IMG/VR virus record: IMGVR_UViG_3300032293_001810
Span: 1-63,017 of that record
Reading direction: 5' to 3' (one strand)
Origin: a virus
Lineage: Duplodnaviria; Caudoviricetes
DNA length: 63,017 nt
Within the stretch, counting starts at the first letter, position 1. Each line of letters starts with the position of its first letter. Positions 37,471 through 45,872 of the stretch are shown here, piece after piece. The position numbers were made by a program, and so were the translations under genes. The notes beneath the pieces were generated by a model. The model was not told where the DNA came from. It saw only the letters and a program-made list of their open reading frames with translations, and made no database searches.

Positions 37471-38418
37471 ATGAGTGATTTACTAAAAGAGAGCAAAACC
37501 TACAAGCCTTTCAGATATCCTTGGGCTATGCAAATCGCTGAAGAGCATGAGAAGATGCACTGGGGGACATGGGAGGCAAAACTACAAGAGGATGTAAAGC
37601 AATGGAAGAGCAACTCGCTATCACCTGATGCTAAGAAATTCATCACTCAAATCCTTAGAATTTTTACTCAATCGGATGTAGCCGTAGCTGATAACTATGT
37701 GGATCAATTCTTGCCCATATTCAAGAATAATGAAATCAGAAACATGCTGCTGAGTTTTGCCAACCGAGAGGGTACTCACCAAAGAGCCTATGCTTTACTT
37801 AATGATACACTGGGCCTTGATGAGAGTGAGTATGCATACTTCTTAAATCACAAGCCTATGCTCGATAAAATTCACAATATGCAATCAATCAATCCTAGCG
37901 ATTTCGTTCAAACGGCTTATTCACTTGCTCAAGCGGTATGCAACGAAGGGATGTCTCTTTTCTCAGCTTTTGTCATGCTCCTCCACTTCCAACAACAAGG
38001 CAAGATGAAAGGCATGTGCGAGGTTGTGGAATGGTCTATTAAAGATGAAAGCTTGCATGTAAAAGCAATGACTCAGCTCTATCAAACCTATGTAAAAGAG
38101 ATGAATATCAAGGTTGAGCAAGCGGAAATACAAAACCTATTTACACAAGCCGTTGATTTAGAAGATCAGCTGATTGACATGATCTTTGGGGAGGCTCAAG
38201 TAGTGGAAAGCCTCGTGAAAATTGAAGTCAAGATGTTCATTAGGTATCTAGCCGATCGTAGGCTCATGCAACTTGACTGCCTACCTATTTACCACATTGA
38301 TAAAAATCCACTACCTTGGCTTGACTGGATTGTGAACGGCGTATCTTTCAAGAATTTTTTTGAAGGTGTAGTCACTGATTATTCGGCAAGTGGTATGACT
38401 GGAGCATGGGGATGGTAG
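37471..38418 (+). CDS. nrdB: Ribonucleotide reductase class Ia beta subunit
   Basis: FTQSD, REGTH..AY (radical Tyr), DESLH, NFFE..VTDY. Confidence 0.95.
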   Translation: MSDLLKESKTYKPFRYPWAMQIAEEHEKMHWGTWEAKLQEDVKQWKSNSLSPDAKKFITQILRIFTQSDVAVADNYVDQFLPIFKNNEIRNMLLSFANREGTHQRAYALLNDTLGLDESEYAYFLNHKPMLDKIHNMQSINPSDFVQTAYSLAQAVCNEGMSLFSAFVMLLHFQQQGKMKGMCEVVEWSIKDESLHVKAMTQLYQTYVKEMNIKVEQAEIQNLFTQAVDLEDQLIDMIFGEAQVVESLVKIEVKMFIRYLADRRLMQLDCLPIYHIDKNPLPWLDWIVNGVSFKNFFEGVVTDYSASGMTGAWGW

Positions 38419-38544
38419 TCAATCGGACAAGGTAAAATGATCGTATTTTTATAAAAATATAAAAAAACATATATACAATTTAAGAGGAACATGTTAAAAA
38501 TAGATTAAAGCATCCAACCGTATTCATATTCACAAAGAGGACAT

Positions 38545-39117
38545 ATGAGCTTTAAATCTTATTTGCCATCCATCAAGGCTTTGATCAAACAAAAGCTTGA
38601 GGACAATACCCGTCTCTTAAACATGTTCATACACATGACCTTCTCAGAAACACCAAAAGAGATTGATGACGGGATTGCGATGAAAGAACTTGCTCTCAAA
38701 GATAGAGCCAAACTTGTTGAGATTGATCAAGATACCCGTTGTATCTACAATCTTACCCCTCATGACATTCACTTTATGGATGATGATCAAGCAATTCTAG
38801 CAACAATCAAGCCGTCTGGGCTTGTTGCTCGTCTTGAGGCCTCTAATCCACAAGATCAAATGAGCATGCACAATTTTGTTGTAGCACCCGTTGATTTAAA
38901 AGGCTTATACCTACCTATCATTAAAGCCAAAATCACTACTAAATCACCGCTTGATAAGGTCATTGATTTACCACCTTTTGAAGAAGGCGTTTACTACATT
39001 GTATCCATGCCTATCTTCATGGCTTTCCCTCTCAGAACTGATCTTTTACAAGTCGATCCAGTGAGAGATAGCAAAGGCTTTACAATTGGGGCAAAAGGCT
39101 TCTTTAGTCATCCATAA
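38545..39117 (+). CDS. Conserved phage hypothetical protein (NLTPH motif)
   Basis: NLTPH.I...PSG.VAR...LP...GVYYIVS...R.DL...VRD..G..IG. Confidence 0.7.
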   Translation: MSFKSYLPSIKALIKQKLEDNTRLLNMFIHMTFSETPKEIDDGIAMKELALKDRAKLVEIDQDTRCIYNLTPHDIHFMDDDQAILATIKPSGLVARLEASNPQDQMSMHNFVVAPVDLKGLYLPIIKAKITTKSPLDKVIDLPPFEEGVYYIVSMPIFMAFPLRTDLLQVDPVRDSKGFTIGAKGFFSHP

Positions 39118-39196
39118 GATAATCTATATTATATTATTGTATCTATACCTATTATATGTATATATGTGTTTCAAACTTATAACAAAGGAACAATCT

Positions 39197-39463
39197 ATGA
39201 GTAGTGAGTTAATTGATAGTTTTGCTTATATCACACCAACACCTGGTCATCTCTTCATTGATATTAAATTAGTGGAATCAGCTGGTAGAGTAGTCGGTAA
39301 AGTAATGTCAACAAATAAAGAGGATAATATTCTTCGTTATGGTGCACATGTACTAGTGGATACTCAACCTGATGATGTCATTGATTTTTGGTTTAAGGGC
39401 AAGCAATACCACCGTATTAAATATGACTATATCATTGCTATACTACATAAGGGAGAAGAATAA
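39197..39463 (+). CDS. GroES/Cpn10-like co-chaperonin
   Basis: I.P..G.LFI...GKVMS....L.YG..V......GKQY..I....IIAIL; AAGGA SD. Confidence 0.6.
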   Translation: MSSELIDSFAYITPTPGHLFIDIKLVESAGRVVGKVMSTNKEDNILRYGAHVLVDTQPDDVIDFWFKGKQYHRIKYDYIIAILHKGEE

Positions 39464-40042
39464 ATGCTAAATGCAACTACTGTAAAACAATACCTGATCG
39501 ATTATTTCTCAGCTTCATCACTAGCTAAGAAGCTACAATATGCCGATATGTGCACTTCACTAGATCAAGAGCCAACATTGCTCAAACCTCTATATGATAT
39601 CAGCTTGGAAGGTGTGCTACTACAAGATAATAACTTGATCAAACCTCTTTATAGGTGGAGTGACTCTATCGTGGGGCAAAATGAAGATCAAATTGCTATG
39701 CTTAAATCTTTGGATAAGGTTGCCTTCTATGTCCCTCTTATCCCATCACTAGATACTATTACTCAACAAATTTGGGGATGGCAACAACAATTTGATGGAC
39801 GGGCAACAATCCCCGGCGTACTCAATCACTTAAAGAATGAGATTGCTGAATTTGAAGAAACTGACGTAGGTAGTGAAGATGCTGAAAAAGAATTTGCTGA
39901 TCTTTACATTCTACTTATGCACCTTGCTGCACTTTCAAACATTGATGTAAGAACGGCGGTATCCAACAAGCTAGCGACCGTACAAAAGCGAGATTATAGC
40001 GGTGAGCCTGATGCTGAAGGTTGTATCACTCACAAAAAATAA
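39464..40042 (+). CDS. MazG-like dATP/dGTP pyrophosphohydrolase (DUF550-like C-terminal domain)
   Basis: W...F.....GVLNHL..E..E...EFAD..IL...K.....R.Y..PD..G...H. Confidence 0.7.
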   Translation: MLNATTVKQYLIDYFSASSLAKKLQYADMCTSLDQEPTLLKPLYDISLEGVLLQDNNLIKPLYRWSDSIVGQNEDQIAMLKSLDKVAFYVPLIPSLDTITQQIWGWQQQFDGRATIPGVLNHLKNEIAEFEETDVGSEDAEKEFADLYILLMHLAALSNIDVRTAVSNKLATVQKRDYSGEPDAEGCITHKK

Positions 40043-40106
40043 AAATATCTAAAATATATATTTGATCTTGTGTTTATGAGTATCTCTCAAACACAAGGAT
40101 TTACAC

Positions 40107-40532
40107 ATGAGCGAAGAAATCTTACAATCGCAAGAAGATGCATATCTCGATCAAGAGGCTTTCCACAAAGAACTTGATATGATCTTTACTCTTATTGAAA
40201 CTCAACAATCAAATCGCATGTATGTCAAGGGACTTTCATTTGTCTTTTTGATCGTATGTATCCTCTCAAAATCCCCCCATGCAAGTTATATCTTTTGCTT
40301 CGCTACCTTGCTCTTACTCTCTCTTGAAATTGAATGCAAGAACAAGCTAAACCGTCTTGGATGGCTCTATGACTGGACAATCGTCAATAGACAAACTGGC
40401 GATACTTCCTACCGATACTCTTTTGATACCGAAAGATTTAGAGCATATGATCGAGATTTGTATTCTTACCTAGATTTTGATAGTGTCCCATTCTTCGTTC
40501 TTCAAATCTTGAATTTTTACATTCTTTCCTAA
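40107..40532 (+). CDS. Membrane protein
   Basis: Two to three TM segments; AAGGA SD. Confidence 0.55.
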   Translation: MSEEILQSQEDAYLDQEAFHKELDMIFTLIETQQSNRMYVKGLSFVFLIVCILSKSPHASYIFCFATLLLLSLEIECKNKLNRLGWLYDWTIVNRQTGDTSYRYSFDTERFRAYDRDLYSYLDFDSVPFFVLQILNFYILS

Positions 40533-40542
40533 GGATCCGATC

Positions 40543-40713
40543 ATGATGTTACTTATTGGCCGTAAAGGCAACCTCGTATATTTTGATGATAAAGGTCAGG
40601 CTCATACTAGAGCTTTCCCCAAATTCAGCCTTAATCAAGCTCAAGTATTCATTCAGCTTGGGCTTAGTAATCAATACATGAATGTCTTGGGGCAAATTGT
40701 GACTTATGGTTGA
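40543..40713 (+). CDS. Small hypothetical protein (56 aa, not in the ORF track)
   Basis: AAGGA SD; MMLLIGRKGNL...VTYG; overlaps the next start. Confidence 0.5.
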   Translation: MMLLIGRKGNLVYFDDKGQAHTRAFPKFSLNQAQVFIQLGLSNQYMNVLGQIVTYG

Positions 40714-40984
40714 GTCCGATTTCCACAAGATTGCTAGTGATTTAGCTACACTACTGGAGCAAAAGAATTTAGCCTACGGTGATGCTTTCGCTAAAACTAC
40801 CCAAATCCTTGAACTTCTTTACCCAGAAGGGATTAAAGTAGAGCAATACAAAGATGTTCATGTGATTGTTCGTATGCTAGATAAGATTTCTAGGATTGCA
40901 AAAGACAATGATCCTATGGGGGAAAGTCCCTATCAAGACTTGGCGGGCTATTGTCTCCTTGCACTGAAGCAAATGAACAAGTAA
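40706..40984 (+). CDS. DUF1599 / nucleotide-modification-associated domain protein
   Basis: KN..YGD.F...R..DK..R.......ES..DLAGY. Confidence 0.75.
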   Translation: MVESDFHKIASDLATLLEQKNLAYGDAFAKTTQILELLYPEGIKVEQYKDVHVIVRMLDKISRIAKDNDPMGESPYQDLAGYCLLALKQMNK

Positions 40985-41098
40985 AAATTATTGCACCAAA
41001 AATAAAAAGTTTTTTTAATTAGTAGTATTTTATATATATAAGTAGTTTTTAAATTGTTTATCCTACAAATAAATAAATAAAAAGAGGATAAATAGATC

Positions 41099-42133
41099 AT
41101 GGACGATTTACAACTCTTGGCGTCGTATATGGAAACGCCAAATGATGCACAAATACTAGAGAAATTAGCAATTAGGTGCAAGCCTGTGCTAGAGAGCATG
41201 AGGCTAGATGAAAAGGTGGAGGCTCAAGTCGTCCGTAAGATCGGTTTAGATGCTTGGTGCGATATCCATAAAATAGACGGGACAATAGCAAGGCTGATCT
41301 ATGTCTACTTGGGGCAAGTGAAGATCAAGAAAGCTGCTAAGGCTAGCATGTCCCCCAAAGATATCCATAGAATGATCCTAGCGGGGAAATCAACGGCTTA
41401 CATGGCTCGCAAGCTGAATGTCCATCGTGACTCAGTGAGAAGAGCAATCGTAAAATTTGGATATGTAGAGCTTTATGATAGTAACCGAAAGAGAAGCAAG
41501 GTCGCAAAGATCGTTCATTTACTTGAGAGCGATGGGCAACTGACTAATCTACAAATCGCTAAACAAGTAGGTACACAAGAAAGCTATGTAGCGAAAATCA
41601 GACATACTCACGGCTTTACACTGAAAACAAGAAAACCCCCCGCTGAGTACCTCCAGATGAAACTTGATGAGGGCTTGTGTGCTAAAGAGATAGCGAGCGA
41701 ACTTGGGCTATCGCACCGTACAATCCAAACTTATCTTTCTGGCTATGGCATACGAGTAGGTGACTCCCCCGCTTATAGATCAGTCCCCGCTCTTAGAATA
41801 GAAGCTATGCTCATAGATAAAAAATCAATCCCTGAGATAGCTGATGCACTATGTAAGGCTGAGAGTACAATCAAGACCTATATTTATCACTACAAGCTCT
41901 CTCATCTCATCCTAAGAAAATTTGATGATCCTGAGCTACCTAAGAGAATACGGGCAATGCGAGATGAGGGGCTTACAAATATGTTCATTGCTCATTCTCT
42001 CAATGTTTCCGTGAGTTATGTTTGTGCGGTAGTCAAGAGATTGGGGATGCCGTCAAGACGATATCCACCTAGTACCCAACCGAGTTTATTTGAAAACTTT
42101 GATGATCTAAAAAAACTTTTAAAAAATATTTAA
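41099..42133 (+). CDS. Protein with about five tandem HTH domains
   Basis: STAYMARKLNVH, TNLQIAKQVGT, AKEIASELGLS, SIPEIADALC, TNMFIAHSLNVS; C-terminal QPSLF. Confidence 0.8.
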   Translation: MDDLQLLASYMETPNDAQILEKLAIRCKPVLESMRLDEKVEAQVVRKIGLDAWCDIHKIDGTIARLIYVYLGQVKIKKAAKASMSPKDIHRMILAGKSTAYMARKLNVHRDSVRRAIVKFGYVELYDSNRKRSKVAKIVHLLESDGQLTNLQIAKQVGTQESYVAKIRHTHGFTLKTRKPPAEYLQMKLDEGLCAKEIASELGLSHRTIQTYLSGYGIRVGDSPAYRSVPALRIEAMLIDKKSIPEIADALCKAESTIKTYIYHYKLSHLILRKFDDPELPKRIRAMRDEGLTNMFIAHSLNVSVSYVCAVVKRLGMPSRRYPPSTQPSLFENFDDLKKLLKNI

Positions 42134-42187
42134 ATTTAGTTTGACAATATAAGAATTTTCATATATAACTATAAATAACAAAGCAAA
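42112..42187 (+). promoter_or_regulatory. Strong promoter cassette, copy 2
   Basis: TTGACA(42141)-17-TATAAC; near-identical to 20271-20346. Confidence 0.8.
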
Positions 42188-42216
42188 ACAAAACCTCTTC
42201 CAAAAGGAAAAAAATC

Positions 42217-43104
42217 ATGTTCTTAGATTTCAACGCAATGATTGCACAAGAAGCTCAAGCAAATCCATCCAAAACTCTTCGCACCTATGTAGATATCAAG
42301 GGCGTAAAGCATACCGTAGAACATTTCTCAAATGACATGTTCGCAATTGTCCGTGAAGACGGTCACTATACCACTACCCCATGTAACTCACTTGTCATGA
42401 CCTTTACACTTGCAAATCAATATGGCCTTGTAGAAGAAGGTCAAATCGTTGTCGCACAAGCTCAAGCCGTTGTTGCTCTCGATGATGAAATCAAAGCTTT
42501 GGAAGAGAAGCTTGCACAAGTGAAGGCTGAGAAGCAAGCAATCGTAGATGCGGTTGAAATCAAGACCAGCACCATGCATGTAAACGGTTTCACTGTGGAT
42601 GTTCATGTTCATGCAAGAGGCTTTACTGAAATTCAAGTGAGCCAAAAGGTGAGTCGTGGTTGTAAGTTCGGCTTTAACAAGTTCACTCATTCGACCGTAG
42701 GTAAGAAAGATTATATCAAACTCTTAGCTGCAATCAAGAGAGCGACCAGTATGCAAGGATTGATTGATAGCCTCAAGGATGAGGGGATTGACTGGTTTGT
42801 GACTCTCTCAGCTGATCAGTGTGATGTATCTGCATCCATGCACAAAGATTGTGTATATGTGCAAGGTCATGACATTGAGGCTAGCTATCACAATCCCATC
42901 AATATCGCGTCCGTCACTCATGCCCTTGGTTGGATGACTGATTGCATGCTTGGCTTGTATGAAGAATTGTGCCTTGATTGTGATAATACAAGCAAGCAAG
43001 ATGTGTATGATCTATGCCAGATGGCTCAAGATTGTGGTGCTACCGAAGTCTTGGATGATCAAGAAGAGTTTAGCGAAGATGATGCATGGAAGCGATGGGA
43101 ATAG
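42217..43104 (+). CDS. Hypothetical protein (early-gene-like, acidic C-terminus)
   Basis: AAAGGA SD; central coiled coil; sole gene behind the promoter cassette. Confidence 0.7.
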   Translation: MFLDFNAMIAQEAQANPSKTLRTYVDIKGVKHTVEHFSNDMFAIVREDGHYTTTPCNSLVMTFTLANQYGLVEEGQIVVAQAQAVVALDDEIKALEEKLAQVKAEKQAIVDAVEIKTSTMHVNGFTVDVHVHARGFTEIQVSQKVSRGCKFGFNKFTHSTVGKKDYIKLLAAIKRATSMQGLIDSLKDEGIDWFVTLSADQCDVSASMHKDCVYVQGHDIEASYHNPINIASVTHALGWMTDCMLGLYEELCLDCDNTSKQDVYDLCQMAQDCGATEVLDDQEEFSEDDAWKRWE

Positions 43105-43105
43105 C

Positions 43106-43525
43106 CTAGCCTACCCACTCAACCAAATGCGGGGTATCTCTAATATCTACATGTATCCATCCACGATCATAAAAGCCTAGTCCCTTAAAATTCCATTTTT
43201 TGGCTTTGATACCTTCCCTCACGAATTTGTGAAATGCTTGCACGGTCAAATTTTTAGCATAGCAATCCACCGCACAAGCCGTAAGATGTTGGCTCTTCGT
43301 TGCTCCTCCAATCTCTTGGTTGTACTCTGCTGCTCTATATCCACTTGTGATGATGATAGGACTACCTAAAGCGTCTCTCACTTTTTGCAATTCGATAAGT
43401 AGCTTTTTTGCATTGCCTAAATACTCATCTGGTATCACTGATCTAAACTCAAGCTCACTCAAATTGAAATTTGTAGTCACTTGCAAATCGTGCTTCTCTT
43501 CTGATTTTAAAAGTTGCGGTTTCAT
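43106..43525 (-). CDS. Peptidase M15A (Zn D-Ala-D-Ala type), probable endolysin
   Basis: ITSGYR, SQH....AVD, WIHVD; GAGGA SD supports the start at 43525. Confidence 0.85.
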   Translation of the reverse strand: MKPQLLKSEEKHDLQVTTNFNLSELEFRSVIPDEYLGNAKKLLIELQKVRDALGSPIIITSGYRAAEYNQEIGGATKSQHLTACAVDCYAKNLTVQAFHKFVREGIKAKKWNFKGLGFYDRGWIHVDIRDTPHLVEWVG

Positions 43526-43606
43526 GTGCATTCCTCTATTCTTATGTAGGCAATCAAGCCAGTGTTTCTGAGGGGGTAGGTGCAACGCCTCCCCCTCTTG
43601 AATTTT

Positions 43607-43670
43607 AAATATTTTTTAAATTTTGTTGACTCACATATACCTATAGTATAGTATATAAATACAAAGCAAA
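43607..43670 (+). promoter_or_regulatory. Promoter cassette, diverged copy 3
   Basis: TTGACT-17-TAGTAT, then TATAAATACAAAGCAAA. Confidence 0.6.
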
Positions 43671-43697
43671 AACAAATTTCAACACATTGGAGTCCCC

Positions 43698-44267
43698 ATG
43701 TTACAAAAAAGAGATATGCTAGCACCTATTCCAGATGAAATTATGGATAAGTGTAAAAAAGTGGCAAGAGTCAGAACAAATCAAAATCTTGCTCGTTCTT
43801 CATGGACAAATACTAAAAAATCCCATGAGTCACAAGAGACAATCGAGCTGAGAGGGATTGTATGTGAGGCTAGTCTAGCTCTCACGCTTGAGGTTGATGT
43901 TGAGCAAGTTTTTAAGACGGGTAATCGTTCAGCAATGAGAGGCTCAGATACTGGGGATATCGTCTATGACAATTGCTATATTGATGTCAAAGGTGTCAAG
44001 CTTCCCTACTCAAATTTGCTCATCAGCGTGGCAAAGAAGAATACCCCTATTGATGTTTTTGTGCTTGTGCATGGAAGCGAATGGGGAAATCGCTTTTTAG
44101 GTGCTATCCCCTTCCACAAGGCCTTTGGGCAAAACATTACCACCGCATACGGTGAAGATTTAGGCAACGGCGTGAGACAAGAGGATTTACTTGATCTTGA
44201 AACGGCTATCAAAGAAGCCAAAGAAGAGCGATTACGAATTAGAAATGCGATGGCTCAACGGCTATAA
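43698..44267 (+). CDS. Putative PD-(D/E)XK nuclease-like protein
   Basis: G..CE..LA and DTGD......IDVK pattern. Confidence 0.5.
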   Translation: MLQKRDMLAPIPDEIMDKCKKVARVRTNQNLARSSWTNTKKSHESQETIELRGIVCEASLALTLEVDVEQVFKTGNRSAMRGSDTGDIVYDNCYIDVKGVKLPYSNLLISVAKKNTPIDVFVLVHGSEWGNRFLGAIPFHKAFGQNITTAYGEDLGNGVRQEDLLDLETAIKEAKEERLRIRNAMAQRL

Positions 44268-45045
44268 TATCACCGAAAAAGCCTAAATTAGAATTATAGA
44301 TTGATGAAAAAATCTGAGGTGCACCTTCTGGTGTCCATTCCCTAGATAATAATTTCCCATGAATACCCGCTGATAAGATTTGTTCCCACGCATAGGCTAT
44401 CACTGATGAGATATCACTTGATGCAAAATAGAGAGCGGGGGTATCACCTGATCCTTGTGCTTGTGGTACAAGGATACCGCCATTTGGCTCATTGTCTCTT
44501 GGCTCTCCATCTTCTCTCAGATATGTTATCGGTGCATTAAAAATTGATCCGTCCACATATACGGCAAATATGCCCTTATCATCTTGTGCTATCCAAAAGG
44601 GAAGAATTTTGATTGTGTATGTTTGCCCACTTACAAAACTTGCTTTTGTCCACATACTTGTAGCGATATCGCTAAAGATCAAATCAGTAGATCCACTCAC
44701 TCGCTCAAGATAATAAATTTTGTTATCTATCTCTACCCACCTACCTTCATATCTAGTATGAAAGTTTGTGCTTTGTAGTGTACGGCTACCTATTGCGACT
44801 ACATCTTGAGAGGTGCTATCAGTCCATCCTTGTAGCAAGTGTTTGAAAAAAGCGAAAGCGGTGCCAACCGTCCCCCTTGCACCATAGGCAACGGATCTTA
44901 AAGCTTCCCTTACATATTGCTCGGGGATAAAGGGCAAGCGGTGAAAGCCGTAAATCCCTAAAATCCTTTGGAAGTCAATACCACTTGCTCTATGTAATAA
45001 AGTTTCATTTTTGATCTGATCAGCTTTAGATATCGGATATAACAT
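44239..45045 (-). CDS. Baseplate/tail-associated structural protein
   Basis: End of the morphogenesis operon; ASG.D......YG..R......R..L....Y.ARGT resembles baseplate wedge I-like proteins. Confidence 0.5.
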   Translation of the reverse strand: MLYPISKADQIKNETLLHRASGIDFQRILGIYGFHRLPFIPEQYVREALRSVAYGARGTVGTAFAFFKHLLQGWTDSTSQDVVAIGSRTLQSTNFHTRYEGRWVEIDNKIYYLERVSGSTDLIFSDIATSMWTKASFVSGQTYTIKILPFWIAQDDKGIFAVYVDGSIFNAPITYLREDGEPRDNEPNGGILVPQAQGSGDTPALYFASSDISSVIAYAWEQILSAGIHGKLLSREWTPEGAPQIFSSIYNSNLGFFGDIIAVEPSHF

Positions 45046-45862
45046 AAGAAACTACCCCCCCTCTTAAAATAGGTGATGCAAGCTTAGTAAAGTTCAATCC
45101 CATAAAGCTTGTGCTTGTCTTGCTTGTGTATGTAAAGAGCCTATTTTCTACGAAGAGATTGCCTTGATCGGGAAAGCCGATTGTACTCTCAACATGCAAA
45201 ACTTGATCGATTAGATCATCAAAATCAAGGGATAGGATTGTAGTAGGTTGACCTACTAGATTATGGATTTGCTCCCCTACGGTCAGAAGCATGCTCTCAA
45301 GTACGCCAAAAGCATATTCATCTTGTGAAATCTTATCTACACGGCTATCTCGTGGACCAGTGGCTAAAGATGGCGGGATTTGCTTTCTCATAGAATAGAC
45401 GGCTGAGGCTCTAAATCGATCTACCACTACAAGAGAGTCATTAAGCCTTAAACTTTGGTAATTGCCCCACTCTACTAAAATCGAGTATGTTCCTTTAGTT
45501 AAAGGTGGTACATAGCACACGACCATTGTTTGCCAAACATCAGTATAACAACGGCTTTTAGAGTTGGGAAATCCGCCATGAGATATTGCTTTCACAAGCC
45601 CCATGCTATCAAGGAAAGAAACCTTGAAACCACCTACTACAAAAGGGTATCTCGTAGTATTAGCTAGTGTTTTCCAATCAGCATAGATATGAAGACGGAC
45701 GCCTCCATGATTAGGTACTACGGCATGACTAAGCGAGCTAGTAGCTACCACTTGATCATAAGGTGAGCCAAAGCCTGAATCCCTTTGAGTTGTGCTATAA
45801 GGTGAGCCAAAACCTAAATCGAAAACTGATGGATAGGTTGGTGAGCCAAAGCCTGTTTCCAT
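45026..45862 (-). CDS. Structural protein with GFGSP repeats and an Ig-like domain
   Basis: Three N-terminal GFGSP; C.VPP...G.Y.I.V; L.VESTIGFP. Confidence 0.55.
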   Translation of the reverse strand: METGFGSPTYPSVFDLGFGSPYSTTQRDSGFGSPYDQVVATSSLSHAVVPNHGGVRLHIYADWKTLANTTRYPFVVGGFKVSFLDSMGLVKAISHGGFPNSKSRCYTDVWQTMVVCYVPPLTKGTYSILVEWGNYQSLRLNDSLVVVDRFRASAVYSMRKQIPPSLATGPRDSRVDKISQDEYAFGVLESMLLTVGEQIHNLVGQPTTILSLDFDDLIDQVLHVESTIGFPDQGNLFVENRLFTYTSKTSTSFMGLNFTKLASPILRGGVVSYVISDI

Positions 45863-45872
45863 GACTTACTCC

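Noticed and set aside
18062-38418. Inteins or group I introns in polA, terL, helicase or nrdAB
   Set aside because: Protein lengths are normal and the ORFs uninterrupted; no intein splice-junction or homing endonuclease motifs were seen.
43570-43597. tRNA-like GGTGCAA hairpins here and at 16709
   Set aside because: No cloverleaf, D-arm or anticodon arm; no tRNA gene was recognised in the window.
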